A stretch of 63,946 bases of DNA, counting the filler, from Corallochytrium limacisporum Hawaii (taxonomy: Eukaryota; Protista; Pluriformea): NCBI GenBank assembly GCA_002811645.1. It is 6 parts of 6 records of this genome, joined end to end, with 100 filler letters (N's around TTAATTAATTAA, not from the genome) between each part and the next. Parts side by side here need not be neighbours in the genome. Positions count along the whole stretch, not along the records: positions 21,496 to 33,996 come from PDIP01000191.1; positions 34,097 to 54,361 come from PDIP01000157.1; 4 more parts are not named here. The stretch is one strand, 5' to 3'. The notes under the pieces are model-generated. The model saw only the letters and a list, made by a program, of their open reading frames with translations, ran no database searches and was not told the DNA's origin. The position numbers and the translations under genes were made by a program. How positions within the stretch are numbered: the stretch's first letter is position 1; each line of letters opens with the position of its first letter. Shown piece after piece: positions 31,597 to 44,567 of this stretch.

Positions 31597-33818
31597 ATGC
31601 TACAAGCACCGGCAGAACAGGATAAACACTACCTTGGTTCCCAAGAAGTCATGCAGAGCATGCGTTCATTTCGGACCCACTTCCGGAAAACCCTTGGTTT
31701 CCGTGAGTTCGCCTTGATTGTAGCAGTGTTGCTGACTGTAGTGACCTTGGGATTCGTGAGAGTGAATTTCGTTCCATTCAGGTTTGTACCGTCATCATGT
31801 GAAGCACACATTCTACTACAAGACATCGGTAAGCTAGGTCCACAGGGCCCGGCTGTAATGCACATTAAAGGGAGTGTGCGTGAAGCAGTTGAGCGCGTCC
31901 TTGCTGACGAAGAAGAGTTTGGACTGAGGGAAACGTTGGACAACATGGCCAGACTGCCTGCCGCACAGAAGAACGGTATTATTGTACAGGTCGCCAATGA
32001 AAGAAACTTACAAGCACTGTTGCAGTGGATTTGCTACGCCACGACCGCGGGATCGACGTTGGCTCGAACCTTATTCTTTTCCACCGACCATTCCGTGGTG
32101 GAGGAACTCAAGGCATTCAATGACGACCTTCTAGTGTTTTATGTTGGCGTTGAAACCATCGAATTCTGGACTTCAGAATGTGGACTGTCATCTCCGACCG
32201 TCTTGGACCTTGTAGACCAGGTATTCCAAGAGCAGCCAACAGTACTACGTCTCACATTATTGCAGAGCTTGCTCACCAAGGGATACCCGATTACTCTGCT
32301 TGGGGAGAACGTTCTCGTGAGCAAAGAGGCCCAGCTAGACTTGTTCACTTACCGAGGACAAATTAATCATGAACCAGAATCACAGCGAGACTGCCAGGGA
32401 TTTATCTACCTAGACACGCGTGAGATTCATCAAAAGAACACATCAGCTTCAGAGAGAACGATACCTATATGGCTGAACAATATGATAATGTCTTACCACC
32501 GCCATACACCAGAGATTTTGGCTTGGGTCAATACCACGGTAGACAGCATGTGGGCTTGTGTTTTTGCAACAGATAGCGAAGAGTGCCATAAATTGCACCC
32601 TCATCGATCGGCAGAGGAGCTATATCCGTTTTGCACTAATCAACTTGAGGTGTCCGCCATCGACCACGGAAGTCGCAGAGAGTGCGTTCATGACTCCATT
32701 AGTGGCCTGATTGTCTGCGATTCCATCCATTCTGTAGTGAAATATCAACCATCTCAGCTGGACACTGATGGATTGGTAGTTCCTTGGACACTGGTAAAAG
32801 AACGCCATCGATGTAATCCCGGATCACAGGTGGTCAGGGCGTCCGTAGTGCTCTTAACCATGGACCGATTAGAGTCCTTGAAGAGACTGGTGAAAAGCGT
32901 CCGGTCTGCGCACTATAACTTCAAGGGTGTTACAACCACGGGTAGCCGTTCATACTTTAACCCAGAGTCCCTGGTCCTCGACCTACGCTTGATTATTCGT
33001 GCGGATATGAATAAAACGGAGAATGTCACTAAGAAAAAGAAAATGCAAGATGTGCAGGACTATGCCAGACAACTCCAGAAGGAATGGAGTGAATCACAAG
33101 AAGAAATGACTGAGGAAGGACGTGCTTCGGTCCTGCCAACAGTGTTCACAGCGCTTGAGATTGATATTGCTGAAGAGAATCGTGGAGTCATCAAAGCGTG
33201 GGCCTACGCCAATATGGAGCCGCGCGGCTGGGACGAGATCACTGTTGTTCTTGAGGACGACATGGAGGTCAGCAATCAGTACATGCGCTGGCTAGCTGTA
33301 CAGTGGCGGTACCATTGGTGGAATCGTGCCATAAGTGAAGTGGCACTACAGAGGCAATGGATCCGCGGCACACCACCGATGAAATCCAAGAAAATAGTCA
33401 ATGACCACAAGCCTTTCCTTTTTCGCCTTCTTGCGACATGGGGCTTCAGTGCCCGTGCCTCCCAGTATCAGATGTGGGCGCTACAGTATGCACACAAGAA
33501 TTGGAAGCGTTTCTTGGTCAAAGGTACGATCACGGAGCACTTTCTGCTTACATCAAAACACCCCGAAAACAATTGGGAGACGTTCTGGTTGTACTATACC
33601 GACAGTCTGCCAGCATAACACTTCATGTGAACCTTCCAGACAATTTGACGATGGCAAGCAATTGGATGGAGAAGGGTCTTCACCATTTTGGTAAACCAAA
33701 AAGGGATTTTGCCGCAGTAAAGAAGTGGCTGCCTGAGAGCATGGGCTTCCTTGATTCTGAGCTAGTTCGCTATGGATACGACTGCGAAAGGGAATTCTCA
33801 TCACGGCCTACAGTATAG
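31597..33818 (+). CDS. Type II membrane glycosyltransferase with two GT-A-like domains; frameshift near 33608
   Basis: TM anchor FALIVAVLLTVVTLGFV. C-terminal domain VVLLTMDRLESLKRLVKS..VVLEDDMEVS..LATWG. Main ORF stops at 33618, but the next frame continues with ITLHVNLPDNLTMASNWMEKGLHHFG to 33818 (740 aa if one base is restored). Confidence 0.8.
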
Positions 33819-33996
33819 TAGCACAATTGAAATGTAGATATATAATTTATAAGCTCTTCTTTGCGCCTGGGCAGCCAGCAGCCCATCTACTGTATCGAAA
33901 CCCATACCTCTGAACATGACATGTATGTCTGAAGCAAGGGACCTCCACCTGCTGACACTCTGCCTCTCTTGTACTCACCCGGCGGCCCCTAGGGTT

Positions 33997-34096
33997 NNNN
34001 NNNNNNNNNNNNNNNNNNNNNNNNNNNNNNNNNNNNNNNNTTAATTAATTAANNNNNNNNNNNNNNNNNNNNNNNNNNNNNNNNNNNNNNNNNNNN
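33997..34096. other. Artificial contig-joining spacer
   Basis: N44-TTAATTAATTAA-N44. Confidence 0.97.
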
Positions 34097-34857
34097 GGGG
34101 GGGGAGTGGGGCTCAAGCGCGCAGCAGTACGAGGGAGGCAAGGCCTCTTGAGACCCGCGTGGAGGAGAGAGACCGATGACACGGTCGGTGGCTTCCCCCC
34201 CTCTCCCGTCCATTCCGGCCCCCAACCGCGAAGCGCAGGTGAGTGAGCGGAGGGGACCGAGGACCCCGCGGTGGAAAGCCGAGGGAGGGTCACAGGGTCC
34301 GTGTGCGTTGCTCTATCTTTCGGGCAGCGCAGCAAATGGTAATGGGGTGTTAGGAAGGCCTTGTCTGTAACGAGAGAGGGAGAGAGAGCAGCCGCGGGAT
34401 CTAACACTAATACAATGTGGCACAGCACTTAAACAGACGAATGCAATGGGTTAGCTGTTGTGTGGGGTAAGGTTGTTGCGAGATTGCCTTTTAATGGAAA
34501 ATGTTGTGCTCTCTTACAATTCCTTTAAGGGGAACTTTCAGGTTACAAACTTTCTCTTCAAAGAAGAAGTTGAAGGATATGGAAAATGCTAAGATGAAAT
34601 TAAACTTGTATGACAAGTCATGACCGAGGGTAGAGTAACTAACACAACCCTGATGAACACCTTGCCCTGTGATCACAATATCTTCCAAATCATTCCCCAT
34701 CAACATCATGGCGAGCATGAAATGATGAACAAGACTCAAGAAGCGTACACCAGGCAGGGTAAGTTCACCAGTAATGCATTGCCTTCAACTCCCGATCAAA
34801 GACTCTCTTGTGAGTGTCCCGGAAGGAACACCTGCATCATTGAAAGTTTGATTCCAT

Positions 34858-36228
34858 TTACTTCTTCTTCTGGGCCTTCTCGGCGGCCTTGGTGACCTTG
34901 CCACCCTTGGCGGTCTTGTCGACCTCCTTGATGACACCGACGGCGACGGTCTGGCGCATATCGCGGACAGCGAAGCGACCCAGAGGGGGGTAGTCAGTGA
35001 AAGCCTCAACGCACATAGGCTTGGAGGGGATCAGGTTGGCAATGCAGGCATCACCAGACTTGACGAACTTGGGGTTGTCCTCAAGCTTCTTACCGGAACG
35101 ACGGTCGATCTTCTCCCGGATCTCGTCGAAGCGGCAGGCAATGTGGGCAGTGTGGCAATCCAGGACGGGGGTGTAGCCACCGGAGATCTGACCAGGGTGG
35201 TTCAGGATAATGACCTGGGCGACGAAAGAAGCGGCCTCCTTGGCGGGGTCGTTCTTGGAGTCGGAGCACACGTTACCACGGCGGATATCCTTGACGGAAA
35301 CGTTCTTGACGTTGAAACCGACGTTGTCACCGGGCTCGGCAGACTCGAGCTGCTCGTGGTGCATCTCGACGGACTTAACCTCAGTGGTGACGTTGGAGGG
35401 AGCGAAAGTCACAACCATACCGGGCTTCAGGACACCGGTCTCGACACGGCCGACGGGGACAGTGCCAATACCACCGATCTTGTACACATCCTGCAGGGGC
35501 AGACGCAGGGGCTTGTCGGAGGGGCGCTTGGGGGGAGAGACAGCGTCGAGGGCCTCAATGAGGGTCTTGCCACCGACAGAGCCGTCCTTCTCCCAACCCT
35601 TGTACCAGTCCATGTTGGTGGAGGCCTCAATCATGTTGTCACCGACCCAACCGGAGATGGGAACGAAGGCAACCTGCTTGGGGTTGTAACCGACCTTCTT
35701 GACGAAGTTGGTGACCTCCTTGACAATTTCGTCGAAACGGTCCTTGGAGTACTTGATGGAGTCCATCTTGTTGACAGCAACGATGAGCTGCTTCACACCC
35801 AGGGTGTAGGCGAGCAGAGCGTGCTCGCGGGTCTGGCCTTCCTTGGAGATACCAGCCTCGAACTCACCCTGACCGGCAGCGACGACGAGGACGGCGCAGT
35901 CAGCCTGAGAGGTACCGGTAATCATGTTCTTGATGAAATCGCGGTGACCGGGGGCATCAATAATGGTGACGTAGAACTTGGCAGTCTCGAACTTCCACAG
36001 AGCGATATCGATGGTGATACCACGCTCACGCTCGGCTTTGAGCTTATCCAGCACCCAGGCGTACTTGAAGGAACCCTTGCCCATTTCAGCGGCCTCCTTC
36101 TCGAACTTCTCGATGGTACGCTTGTCAATACCACCGCACTTGTAGATCAAGTGACCGGTGGTGGTGGACTTGCCGGAGTCGACATGACCAATGACGACAA
36201 TGTTAAGATGGAGCTTTTCCTTACCCAT
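34858..36228 (-). CDS. EEF1A: Translation elongation factor 1-alpha
   Basis: [38 protein letters not shown]; 456 aa, intronless, extreme codon bias. Confidence 0.99.
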   Translation of the reverse strand: MGKEKLHLNIVVIGHVDSGKSTTTGHLIYKCGGIDKRTIEKFEKEAAEMGKGSFKYAWVLDKLKAERERGITIDIALWKFETAKFYVTIIDAPGHRDFIKNMITGTSQADCAVLVVAAGQGEFEAGISKEGQTREHALLAYTLGVKQLIVAVNKMDSIKYSKDRFDEIVKEVTNFVKKVGYNPKQVAFVPISGWVGDNMIEASTNMDWYKGWEKDGSVGGKTLIEALDAVSPPKRPSDKPLRLPLQDVYKIGGIGTVPVGRVETGVLKPGMVVTFAPSNVTTEVKSVEMHHEQLESAEPGDNVGFNVKNVSVKDIRRGNVCSDSKNDPAKEAASFVAQVIILNHPGQISGGYTPVLDCHTAHIACRFDEIREKIDRRSGKKLEDNPKFVKSGDACIANLIPSKPMCVEAFTDYPPLGRFAVRDMRQTVAVGVIKEVDKTAKGGKVTKAAEKAQKKK

Positions 36229-38267
36229 GTTTGCTGTTTGTTTGTTGAACTAACTAGAGATCAGCAGTACTTTCCAGTGTGTTACTGAATGTTTACAAAA
36301 CATGTCGGTGGTCTCAAATACCATCACTGCGCCCAAAATTCAAAGGGACTGAAATGAAGTTTGTATGCCAAGAACATCGTATGCAAAAGAAAACTTCTGC
36401 GATATGTGTTGGTCTCTGTGTATGTGTGTGTGTTTGCTAGCGTGTGTGTGTGTGTGAGAAACACTATGAGTGGTGCCCAATGTTCCATTGTTCCGGAGCC
36501 GTTCCAAAGGGAAAACAATGCAACGGCGCAAGAGGGGCGACCACACGGTTGCTCCAAATCACCCACATTGGCTATTGAGGCGGGGTCGACCACACGGGCA
36601 CACCGGGCAGCCACATTGCCTTCAGCGGACTCTTCTTGAAGATCCCCTGGAGAGATTCGGCCCATATCCATACTCCGTCTGTCAGTACTCGATCTCTCGC
36701 CATGGTTGTGGATGAGGATAGCCAAGCCCGGGTCTGAAGGAAGAACGAGTCAGTCGCAGCTCTGACACATACGAACGCACAGACACAGATCAGGCAGGGG
36801 TAATGATGCAGCAAAGCGGACTTGTCACAAACAGACCTCCATGTCCGTCCACCAAACAACACACTCTTGCTTGAAGGGAGAACAGCGATGGGGTTGCTTC
36901 GCTGGTTTCTTGTTTGGACAGAATCTGAAACCGGTCGCATGTGGCAATGCACATGCGACAGAAACCAACAAAAAAGGAACAACATTGCAAGGGGAGCATT
37001 AGTTGGAGAGGCAAGTAACATCGTATGCGATTACATGGTCCAAGCCCAGAGAAGAGTGCCCACGTTAGCACAGACGAACTGAGTTTGATCCAAAGACTTT
37101 CGGGCGACGGTATCTCCCAAAGACCCAGTGTTTCAAATGTCGAACCGACTGTGCAAACAAACAACCAGCAAACAACTAGGCAGTGCCGATTGTAAACACT
37201 CCAGTTTCCCGAATCGATCAGCAGCGAGCTTACCAACAAAACCGAAACACTTACTTTGCCAAGCGCCGAGAGAACAAAGAAATTAATGAAATGTAGGCAA
37301 GATAATCCACGGTCTTGGATGGCTGCCAAGAAGAACATTGTGGATACACTTTACGAGCATGTCGGCGGCCGCAGGCAACAACTATCGAGGGGACACCCAA
37401 CGAACGAAAGAAATTGGCAGAATACAAAAAAAAAGCCACCGGGCGAGGTCGAGATAAACTATCATACTGGACAACCGTGAAGAAATCCCCCTCCCCTTCC
37501 TGAGAGTTGGGTGGAGCGGGGAAGTCCATGGCAGAGACATGGCCATGAAAAAGGTGGAACCTCTTCCTTGCTGCGGTGGGAGTGACGATGACGTTGGATG
37601 GGATCGGAAAGAGGGAGTACCATTGGTCCTTTCGGATCACTTTTCCCCTTGGTTCGCTGTTAGCCCCGGTGCGCCCTCCGTTTTCTCTCTCCAATTTCCA
37701 GTGTAATGTGTAGTTGCTGACAGCTAACATATCATCAAAATGGCGAAGGAGGCCGTTACGTTGTGTTGTCCAACTGCGCGACTTGATTCATCACGATCGA
37801 ACCTCTACTATACTCTTGCTCCTGGAAAACGTTCGCGGAGTCCCTTTTTCTTTTGGGTCAAATCGTGTGCAGTCACTGCACACAAAATGCCTCGCGATCT
37901 CCACTTGGTCACATGGTCCGGATGATCTCAGAGCGTGGACATATGTATTATATGGCAATTTCAGAACTGAGCAGTGGGGATCATGCAGGCACCAAAAAAA
38001 CTAAGACGCAAGAATGGAACCGGAGAATGGGGAACGCCCATGCACATGGGAGTGACGGCCCTTGGGATGCAGAGTGTCTCGGTTCACTATGAACTTTACA
38101 TGCATATTGTGCTTCCCACTTGCGAGACACGATTTGCTCAGCTCTCCTTGTTTCTTTTGCTCGTGTTTGCCCGATGGTTTCTTCCGGCGAAGAAAGGCAG
38201 GAACAAACTCCTGGGCAGCGCAGGGCGCCATTGCACCCAGCACAGTTTTTGGTTCCTGGTCCTTTCT

Positions 38268-38298
<31 letters not shown>

Positions 38299-39586
38299 TT
38301 TGCTTTTTCGTTTCCAGCTGACTCGTGTGTCTGACTCCGTGGGTGTGTGTATGCGGATGGAGACGCACACGTACACCACGTGCGGCGGAAAAAAAATGGA
38401 AGGACTGGAGACCCCTGCTTCCCGAGGGTTTATTTTTTTTTCATTTTCATTTTCATAATTACAATTTTATCTTGTTCTGTCCTCACTCGTTCCCTGCGTT
38501 ATCAATTTTCTTTCCTTCCATTTTTCTTTTCTCCTTTCTTTCTTTGGAGAGGTCGCGGGGAGTAGTCCATTTTCTCCCCCGTCCTCGCTCGTGACTGTCG
38601 CGTGTGTGTGAAATTTTGTAACGGAGGCCACCGACGTCGATCACCCCGAAAACTTTTGAAAACTCCCTTCCCCACCACGATTTTCTCATAGTGTTCACAG
38701 GTTTGATGATACGGGGTCTCTTGGCTCTTGGCTTCTCTCTGTCTTTGACTTTCCTCTTCCTGGCGAGATGAAACCAAGAACAAAAAAAAAGCAAAAAAGA
38801 AAAAAAACTCTGGCAGTCTGGGCTGTTTCGTTCGGGTCTGCCGTGGCCCAGGTGCTCCGGGTACTGCGTACAAAAGAAAAAGAGAAGAGAAAAACGAAGA
38901 CTGAAAGAGGGGGCTCCCGGGTTGTCCTTGCTTTGCGAACACCGAACGAACCCGCGCCCGAAGGCGAGGGTTGGGTTTCCCTTTCTCTTTTTTTTTTCTT
39001 TTTCTTTTTATTTGGGCGCAACCCTTCCTGAACAACCGGCGCGGATGGAAGCCATCAGCCCCTCGCCTCTTTCATCCGCCCAAGGTGACCCAGACCGATA
39101 CGGGCATCCGGTATATTCACTATGATGATGCCGGCGGTGAGGGGCCCAGGGGGCAGTCGCGTCTGGGACAAGGTGTTGACCAGGCTCAAAGTTTGGTAGT
39201 GAGTGTACTGCAAGTGCGCGGGCACCCGCCGAGCCGATGAAATTAACAGAAAAATAAAAGATGGACAAGACTCAGGAAAAAAGCAACAAAAAAGTCTATG
39301 GCAGCAATGGAAATGTGTGTGTTTTTAAAGTTGTGTGTGTTTTAGGTCCAAGGCGGGAGAAAACGGAAAAAGGGGGAAGGGGGGTTGGGGGGCCGGCGGG
39401 CGGGTTTCCGAGATCCCGGGGCGGGTCGGGTCCCCACCCTGGGCACCCCTTTGGCCCCTGATTTTCTTTGGTCTTTTTTTTTTGGCGTTCAGTTTTTTTT
39501 TGGCTTTGGTGTTGGTATTTTGGGATTGATGCATTCGTGGAAATATCGGAAAACGGATTGCATCGCCGCATTGGTTGCCAAGGCTA

Positions 39587-42500
39587 TCAACTGTTGTCCT
39601 TGACCAGCAGGCGTGGAGCAATGTTCATGGCCATTAGTTCCTGGAATAGGAGCTTGCAGGCATAGGCCATCTTAACCTGGGAAATGTACGTAATGTTGTC
39701 ACAGGCGTTGCATTTGAACTCCTGATTCCGCAAGTTGGCAATGGCAATCAGACCGCAGAGATCGCAGACGTGGACTCTGTAGGCGTCAGACTGATCCATC
39801 AGACGCTCCTTCAAGAACTGAGCGCTACCATGGGCAATCATGCAGTCGCGTTCCATTTCACCGAAACGCAGACCACCACCACGGGAGCGACCCTCGACGG
39901 GCTGGCGCGTCAAGTTGGTGACTGGACCACGGCGACGGGCAAACATCTTGTCGTCAACCATATGCTTCAGACGTTGGTAGTAGGTGGGCCCAATGAAGAT
40001 TTGAGTGGCCATCTTGCGGCCTGTGTGTCCATTATACATAACCTCATAGCCGTACGGATGGTAGCCGTACTCTGCCAGGCGCTGCCCAACCTTCCACACG
40101 GTGACATCATCTTCGAATGGCGTGGCATCACCAACATCACCCTTCATCGCACCGTACTTGCCAACCAGACACTCAAACAAATGACCAATGGTCATGCGGC
40201 TGGGAATGGCGTGCGGATTAATGACAATATCGGGAATGATACCTTCGCAGGTGAACGGCATGTCCTCGCTGCGATAGGCAATACCGCAGGTACCCTTCTG
40301 ACCGTGACGACTGGCAAATTTGTCACCAATCTGGGGGATACGCACCGTACGGATGCGAACTTTGCAGAACTTGAGACCATCGGCACTAATTCCAAGGGCG
40401 ACATTGTCTACGATACCGGAGTGTCCCTCCTTCAGGCGAGTCGAACTGTCACGCTTCTTCTTGCGATTTACATAAGTGTTGGTCACGTCCTGGTCAAACT
40501 CTGTGATTGGGGTTGTTTTGCCGATAATCACGTCACCACCGGATACGGGCACACCTGGAGGGATGATACCATCCTCGTCGAGCTTGTCGTAAGCACTGGC
40601 GCCACCGGTACGGCTCTTGCGCATGCCTTCCGTCTCGCTCTCCTTCGGTTTCTCAAAGATCTCACCACCGCGCAGACCTGTGCGCTTCTCGCGATCCATG
40701 TAAGAACGGTAGTAGACCGAACGGAACAGACCACGATCAATGGCTGCACGGTTCATAATGACGGAATCTTCCTGATTGTAACCCGAGTACGAAGCAATGG
40801 CAACAATGGCATTGATGCCGGCCGGCAATTCCTTGAAACGCAGCTGTTCCATGGCACGCGTCAAAACCAGCGGTTTCTGTGGATAGTACAGAACATGGGC
40901 CTGCGTGTCATAGCGCACGTGGAAATTGGTAATGTAAATGCCCATGGCCTGCTTACCCATGGCAGACTGGTACGTGTTACGAGGACTCTGATTGTGATCC
41001 GGGAACGGAATGATACTTGCACACACACCCAGAATCATCGCAGGATGGATTTCACAGTGAGTGTAAGACCGCGTGTAGACGTCCTGTTCGGCCACGTCCT
41101 GATCAGTAGGCACCAAGTATTCCGGAGACATCGCAATTAGACAAGTCTCTTCTTCTTCGGTATCCACGTAATCGATGCAACCAGCATTCCGGAGGTCACT
41201 GAACTTCATCTCACCCTCGATCAGGTCCGCAACATGAGCGCGCGTAATGGCGAGGCGCTGTTCCTCTTCCTCCACGACCAGCAGAGGACGGGTGCAGCGA
41301 CCGACGTCGGTGTAGTAACGCAGTTCACGGTCACGCAAATCCCAGACAATGGAAGTGTACGTATCAATCTGACCGTGGCGACGCAGCATCTTCGTCTCTT
41401 TGTGTAGATCCATAGTCAGGTAGAAATCAGCAATACCGATCCACTTGCCATTGACAAACACTTTTGTGGCATCCTTGAGCTGGTCCGCACTCTCAATGTC
41501 CTCGAGGTCCAACATACCTTGATCACGTAGAATGTCGACCACCTGGCGACCAGGAGAGTCGACCGTAATATGGGACATCAAAGAGAAGTTCTTGGTCAGA
41601 CCAACAGTCTTACCCTCGGGCGTCTCAGCCGGGCAAATCATACCCCAGTGTGTACCGTGCAACTGACGAGGACGGACAATCTTGGCCTCCTTGTCCACAG
41701 GATTGTTTAGACGGCGCAAATGGGAAATGCTGGATGCAAACGTGAGACGATTCAACACCTGAGAAACACCGGACTTCGCACTAAAGGCCTTGCTGGCCTC
41801 GGCCCAGTTGCCAGTGGCGAAGGAGTAGCGTAGACCGCTTGTGATACTGTTGCTCTGGAGCACATCGTAAATATTTGGCGAAGGCTTTTGCTCCACTTCG
41901 TGGCGCAGGCGGTTCTCCACTTCTTTCTTGTAGTTGCGGAAGAGTTTGCGGAAGAGGGAAGCCAGCAATGGGCCAATCATGGCCACGCGCTTATTGCCCC
42001 AGTGATCACGATCGTCCATCTCACGGCGACCCAAAGCGGCAAGCAGCAGACGGTGGGTCATGTATCCCACGTAGTAGGACTTGAGCGGCAGTGAGTTTTT
42101 GGAGGTGGAGATGTGGGGCAGGAGTTCTTTCTCAAGAATCTCAGTCGCCTCATTAATGCGATCGCGCTTGCCGTAGCCCATGGAGCCACTGCGGGTGCCG
42201 ATGTAGTCGAGGGCCTGATTCTTTTCTTGGTAGCCCTCGGACTCTTCGATGGAAGGACGAAGCTCTTCCATCATTTCTGTATCTTCATTGTCGTAGATAA
42301 TGTGGCCTAAGATGTCACGGTCACTGACAGTTCCCATTGCGCGGAACAGTAAGAAAATAGGTACCTCCGCCTTTATCCGGGGCACCTCAGCGCGGATCAC
42401 CTTGCCGGTTGCAGCTGTGCGGTTCAACTGCTTAACACTGAAGTTGGAGATGGATCGAATAAAGTCATCGGGGAGACTAGCTACCTCAGCAATGAAGGCA

Positions 42501-43204
42501 TACTTGCCTCCACGACCACCCTCGTACACGAAAATGTGGTTGGGTGCTTTACGCTCCTGTGCAATGATGACCTTTTCGGTGCCGTTGACCACAAAATAGC
42601 CACCAACGTCATAAGGGCATTCACCGACGACTGCAACATCCGTTCCCTGCTGTTGCATGTGTGTGAGCCAGCAGTGCTTGGACCGCAGCATAAGGGGAAT
42701 GCGACACAGCTCGACGTTCTGCAGAATGTCCACATCATGAGGTTTACCTTTCTCAATCTTACGCTTCTCATAGTCCAGATAGACAGTGAGAGTGTATGTC
42801 ATGTTGCGCATGCGTACCTCAGTTGGGTAAATTTCAGGCTCAGGGTCCTTAGATTTGTCAGCTTCCCGACGCATCGGCAATGCAATTTTCACATTCGCAC
42901 CGCCCCGTTCGCCACCCTTGATTTTAATCTCCCATTTGGCTGGTAGATTAGTCTCGCTTGAACTGAGATACTGTCTCTTAGGTTCGTGCTTAAATCCCGA
43001 AGCTCCATCGTATTTGATAATTTCTGGCAGTGTCTCTTCAATGAAGTTGTCATAAGAGTTCAGCTGCTGCTGTGCTAACGAATTCTCCGCAAAGAATGAC
43101 TCAATGATAGACCAACGGTCCTCATTTGAGATCATATCACTGTGTCCACCGTTGTGCATACCATACTGGGCCCTGCCCGAGTCTTGATACGGTGTGGGTG
43201 GCAT
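39587..43204 (-). CDS. RPB2: RNA polymerase II second largest subunit
   Basis: [43 protein letters not shown]-terminal zinc ribbon; 1205 aa, intronless. Confidence 0.99.
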   Translation of the reverse strand: MPPTPYQDSGRAQYGMHNGGHSDMISNEDRWSIIESFFAENSLAQQQLNSYDNFIEETLPEIIKYDGASGFKHEPKRQYLSSSETNLPAKWEIKIKGGERGGANVKIALPMRREADKSKDPEPEIYPTEVRMRNMTYTLTVYLDYEKRKIEKGKPHDVDILQNVELCRIPLMLRSKHCWLTHMQQQGTDVAVVGECPYDVGGYFVVNGTEKVIIAQERKAPNHIFVYEGGRGGKYAFIAEVASLPDDFIRSISNFSVKQLNRTAATGKVIRAEVPRIKAEVPIFLLFRAMGTVSDRDILGHIIYDNEDTEMMEELRPSIEESEGYQEKNQALDYIGTRSGSMGYGKRDRINEATEILEKELLPHISTSKNSLPLKSYYVGYMTHRLLLAALGRREMDDRDHWGNKRVAMIGPLLASLFRKLFRNYKKEVENRLRHEVEQKPSPNIYDVLQSNSITSGLRYSFATGNWAEASKAFSAKSGVSQVLNRLTFASSISHLRRLNNPVDKEAKIVRPRQLHGTHWGMICPAETPEGKTVGLTKNFSLMSHITVDSPGRQVVDILRDQGMLDLEDIESADQLKDATKVFVNGKWIGIADFYLTMDLHKETKMLRRHGQIDTYTSIVWDLRDRELRYYTDVGRCTRPLLVVEEEEQRLAITRAHVADLIEGEMKFSDLRNAGCIDYVDTEEEETCLIAMSPEYLVPTDQDVAEQDVYTRSYTHCEIHPAMILGVCASIIPFPDHNQSPRNTYQSAMGKQAMGIYITNFHVRYDTQAHVLYYPQKPLVLTRAMEQLRFKELPAGINAIVAIASYSGYNQEDSVIMNRAAIDRGLFRSVYYRSYMDREKRTGLRGGEIFEKPKESETEGMRKSRTGGASAYDKLDEDGIIPPGVPVSGGDVIIGKTTPITEFDQDVTNTYVNRKKKRDSSTRLKEGHSGIVDNVALGISADGLKFCKVRIRTVRIPQIGDKFASRHGQKGTCGIAYRSEDMPFTCEGIIPDIVINPHAIPSRMTIGHLFECLVGKYGAMKGDVGDATPFEDDVTVWKVGQRLAEYGYHPYGYEVMYNGHTGRKMATQIFIGPTYYQRLKHMVDDKMFARRRGPVTNLTRQPVEGRSRGGGLRFGEMERDCMIAHGSAQFLKERLMDQSDAYRVHVCDLCGLIAIANLRNQEFKCNACDNITYISQVKMAYACKLLFQELMAMNIAPRLLVKDNS

Positions 43205-44567
43205 GGTTAATTGTTTCGCAAACTATGGAATCTTTGATGCTTTTGTTTTCGAAAACGTTTCTCCTTATTACGTTTAAAAATTTGCTCAAAGCTTCTCTAA
43301 ATTCATGAATTTTTTTTGTGCGAACTCCTGTTGTCTATTTGTGCTGTCAATTCTTTATCTGAGTGATTTGGTTTGCAACAAGACGTTCTGTATTTGAAGT
43401 CGTTCCTGTGAACGGTCTTCAAAGAATTCCTTTGAAATGGAACAAAATGTTGGACTGCATATAAACTACTAACTGGCAGAACAGAAAGTCCCAATTGTAC
43501 TCGTTCGTATAATTCTCTGTTGGCTGACGGTCGAAGCCTCGAGGTTTCCCGCAAGTTCCCCGTTTCCGTAATTTAGACAGATGAAACCTCGCAATGAGAC
43601 TTACGTCAGGGGTCCCAAATACCACATGTATTGCTTGTTTGCCGAAAGGTTCAATATAAAACACTTCACGGACTGAAGCATATTTGGACGCACGCTCAAA
43701 ATTTTCCATGCCAATACAAAGATGTCATACCAACAGGCAACCTCGCCAGTCTGCCTGAGCTTCCAGTGCTCAAATTCTTGGCGCTCCGGACCGGATCACC
43801 GCCTCCCTGCGGTGAACCGCACTCCGGCGCTGTCCCGGCTTCAAAGGCTCTGGAACAAAACGGTTCGCCTGTGCCCCCCCAATCCTTCCCCCCAGCGGCT
43901 CTGAGAAAATACCCCGTGGCTTACGGGGACGTCGGGACCAGCATCGCATATGGTACTTTCACTATTGGAGGGTCCCATTTCATGGGCCCTTCCCGTTCCG
44001 TTCTTCTCTCTGTCCTAAGAGCGGTTCGTTCCTGACTCCCTCTAAAGGGTAATCGAGGCCCTCTGCCCGTCTCCCCTTGGCCGGCCTCCCCTTGTGTGTT
44101 CTGATGGTTTTACGCTAACCAAGCTCACGGGCAGCCCTCTGCCCGTGGTGGCTTTTCCCGCCCAAAGGAGAAGGCTGGCTGGCCCAGGCAAGGGCAGCCA
44201 GGTCAGAGGTAAAACATTACCTTTGGCGGCGAGTAACACTAAGGCGGGGTAGGTCGGCCCTGCTGTAGTGTTTGACTGTCTCCCTGCGCAATCGCTTGTC
44301 GCCCGTGAGCCGATGCGTTTGATTTCTCGATCGCTTGCGTCCTTGGCGAGTTTTGAAACCCGCGGCTGTTCCTGTCTACCAGAACCACTGCTATTCTTGT
44401 GGGAGAAAGGGTGCTTGAGGGATCTCATGATCATTTCTCTTGCGAATGATGATGGTTCGTTTTGTTGTACCGAGCCGAAGACAAACTTCCCGGGGAGCAC
44501 AGAACCGTAGTCTATGTCATAGCAGCTGTTGCGCACGGTACGCTGGTCGGACCGTGGCTATGGCATC

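Noticed and set aside
35143-36288. 381-aa + strand ORF
   Set aside because: Antisense shadow of EEF1A caused by strong codon bias.
36255-36330. Possible 5' UTR intron or C/D snoRNA upstream of EEF1A (gtgatgg..ctga, ..ctctag)
   Set aside because: The C box and splice donor are imperfect and no rRNA-complementary guide was recognised; needs RNA data.
36324-39586. Many short Lys/Phe/Gly/Pro-rich ORFs between EEF1A and RPB2
   Set aside because: Products of A/T-runs and G/C-runs in low-complexity intergenic DNA.
39770-41140. 456-aa + strand ORF
   Set aside because: Antisense shadow of RPB2; no domain features.
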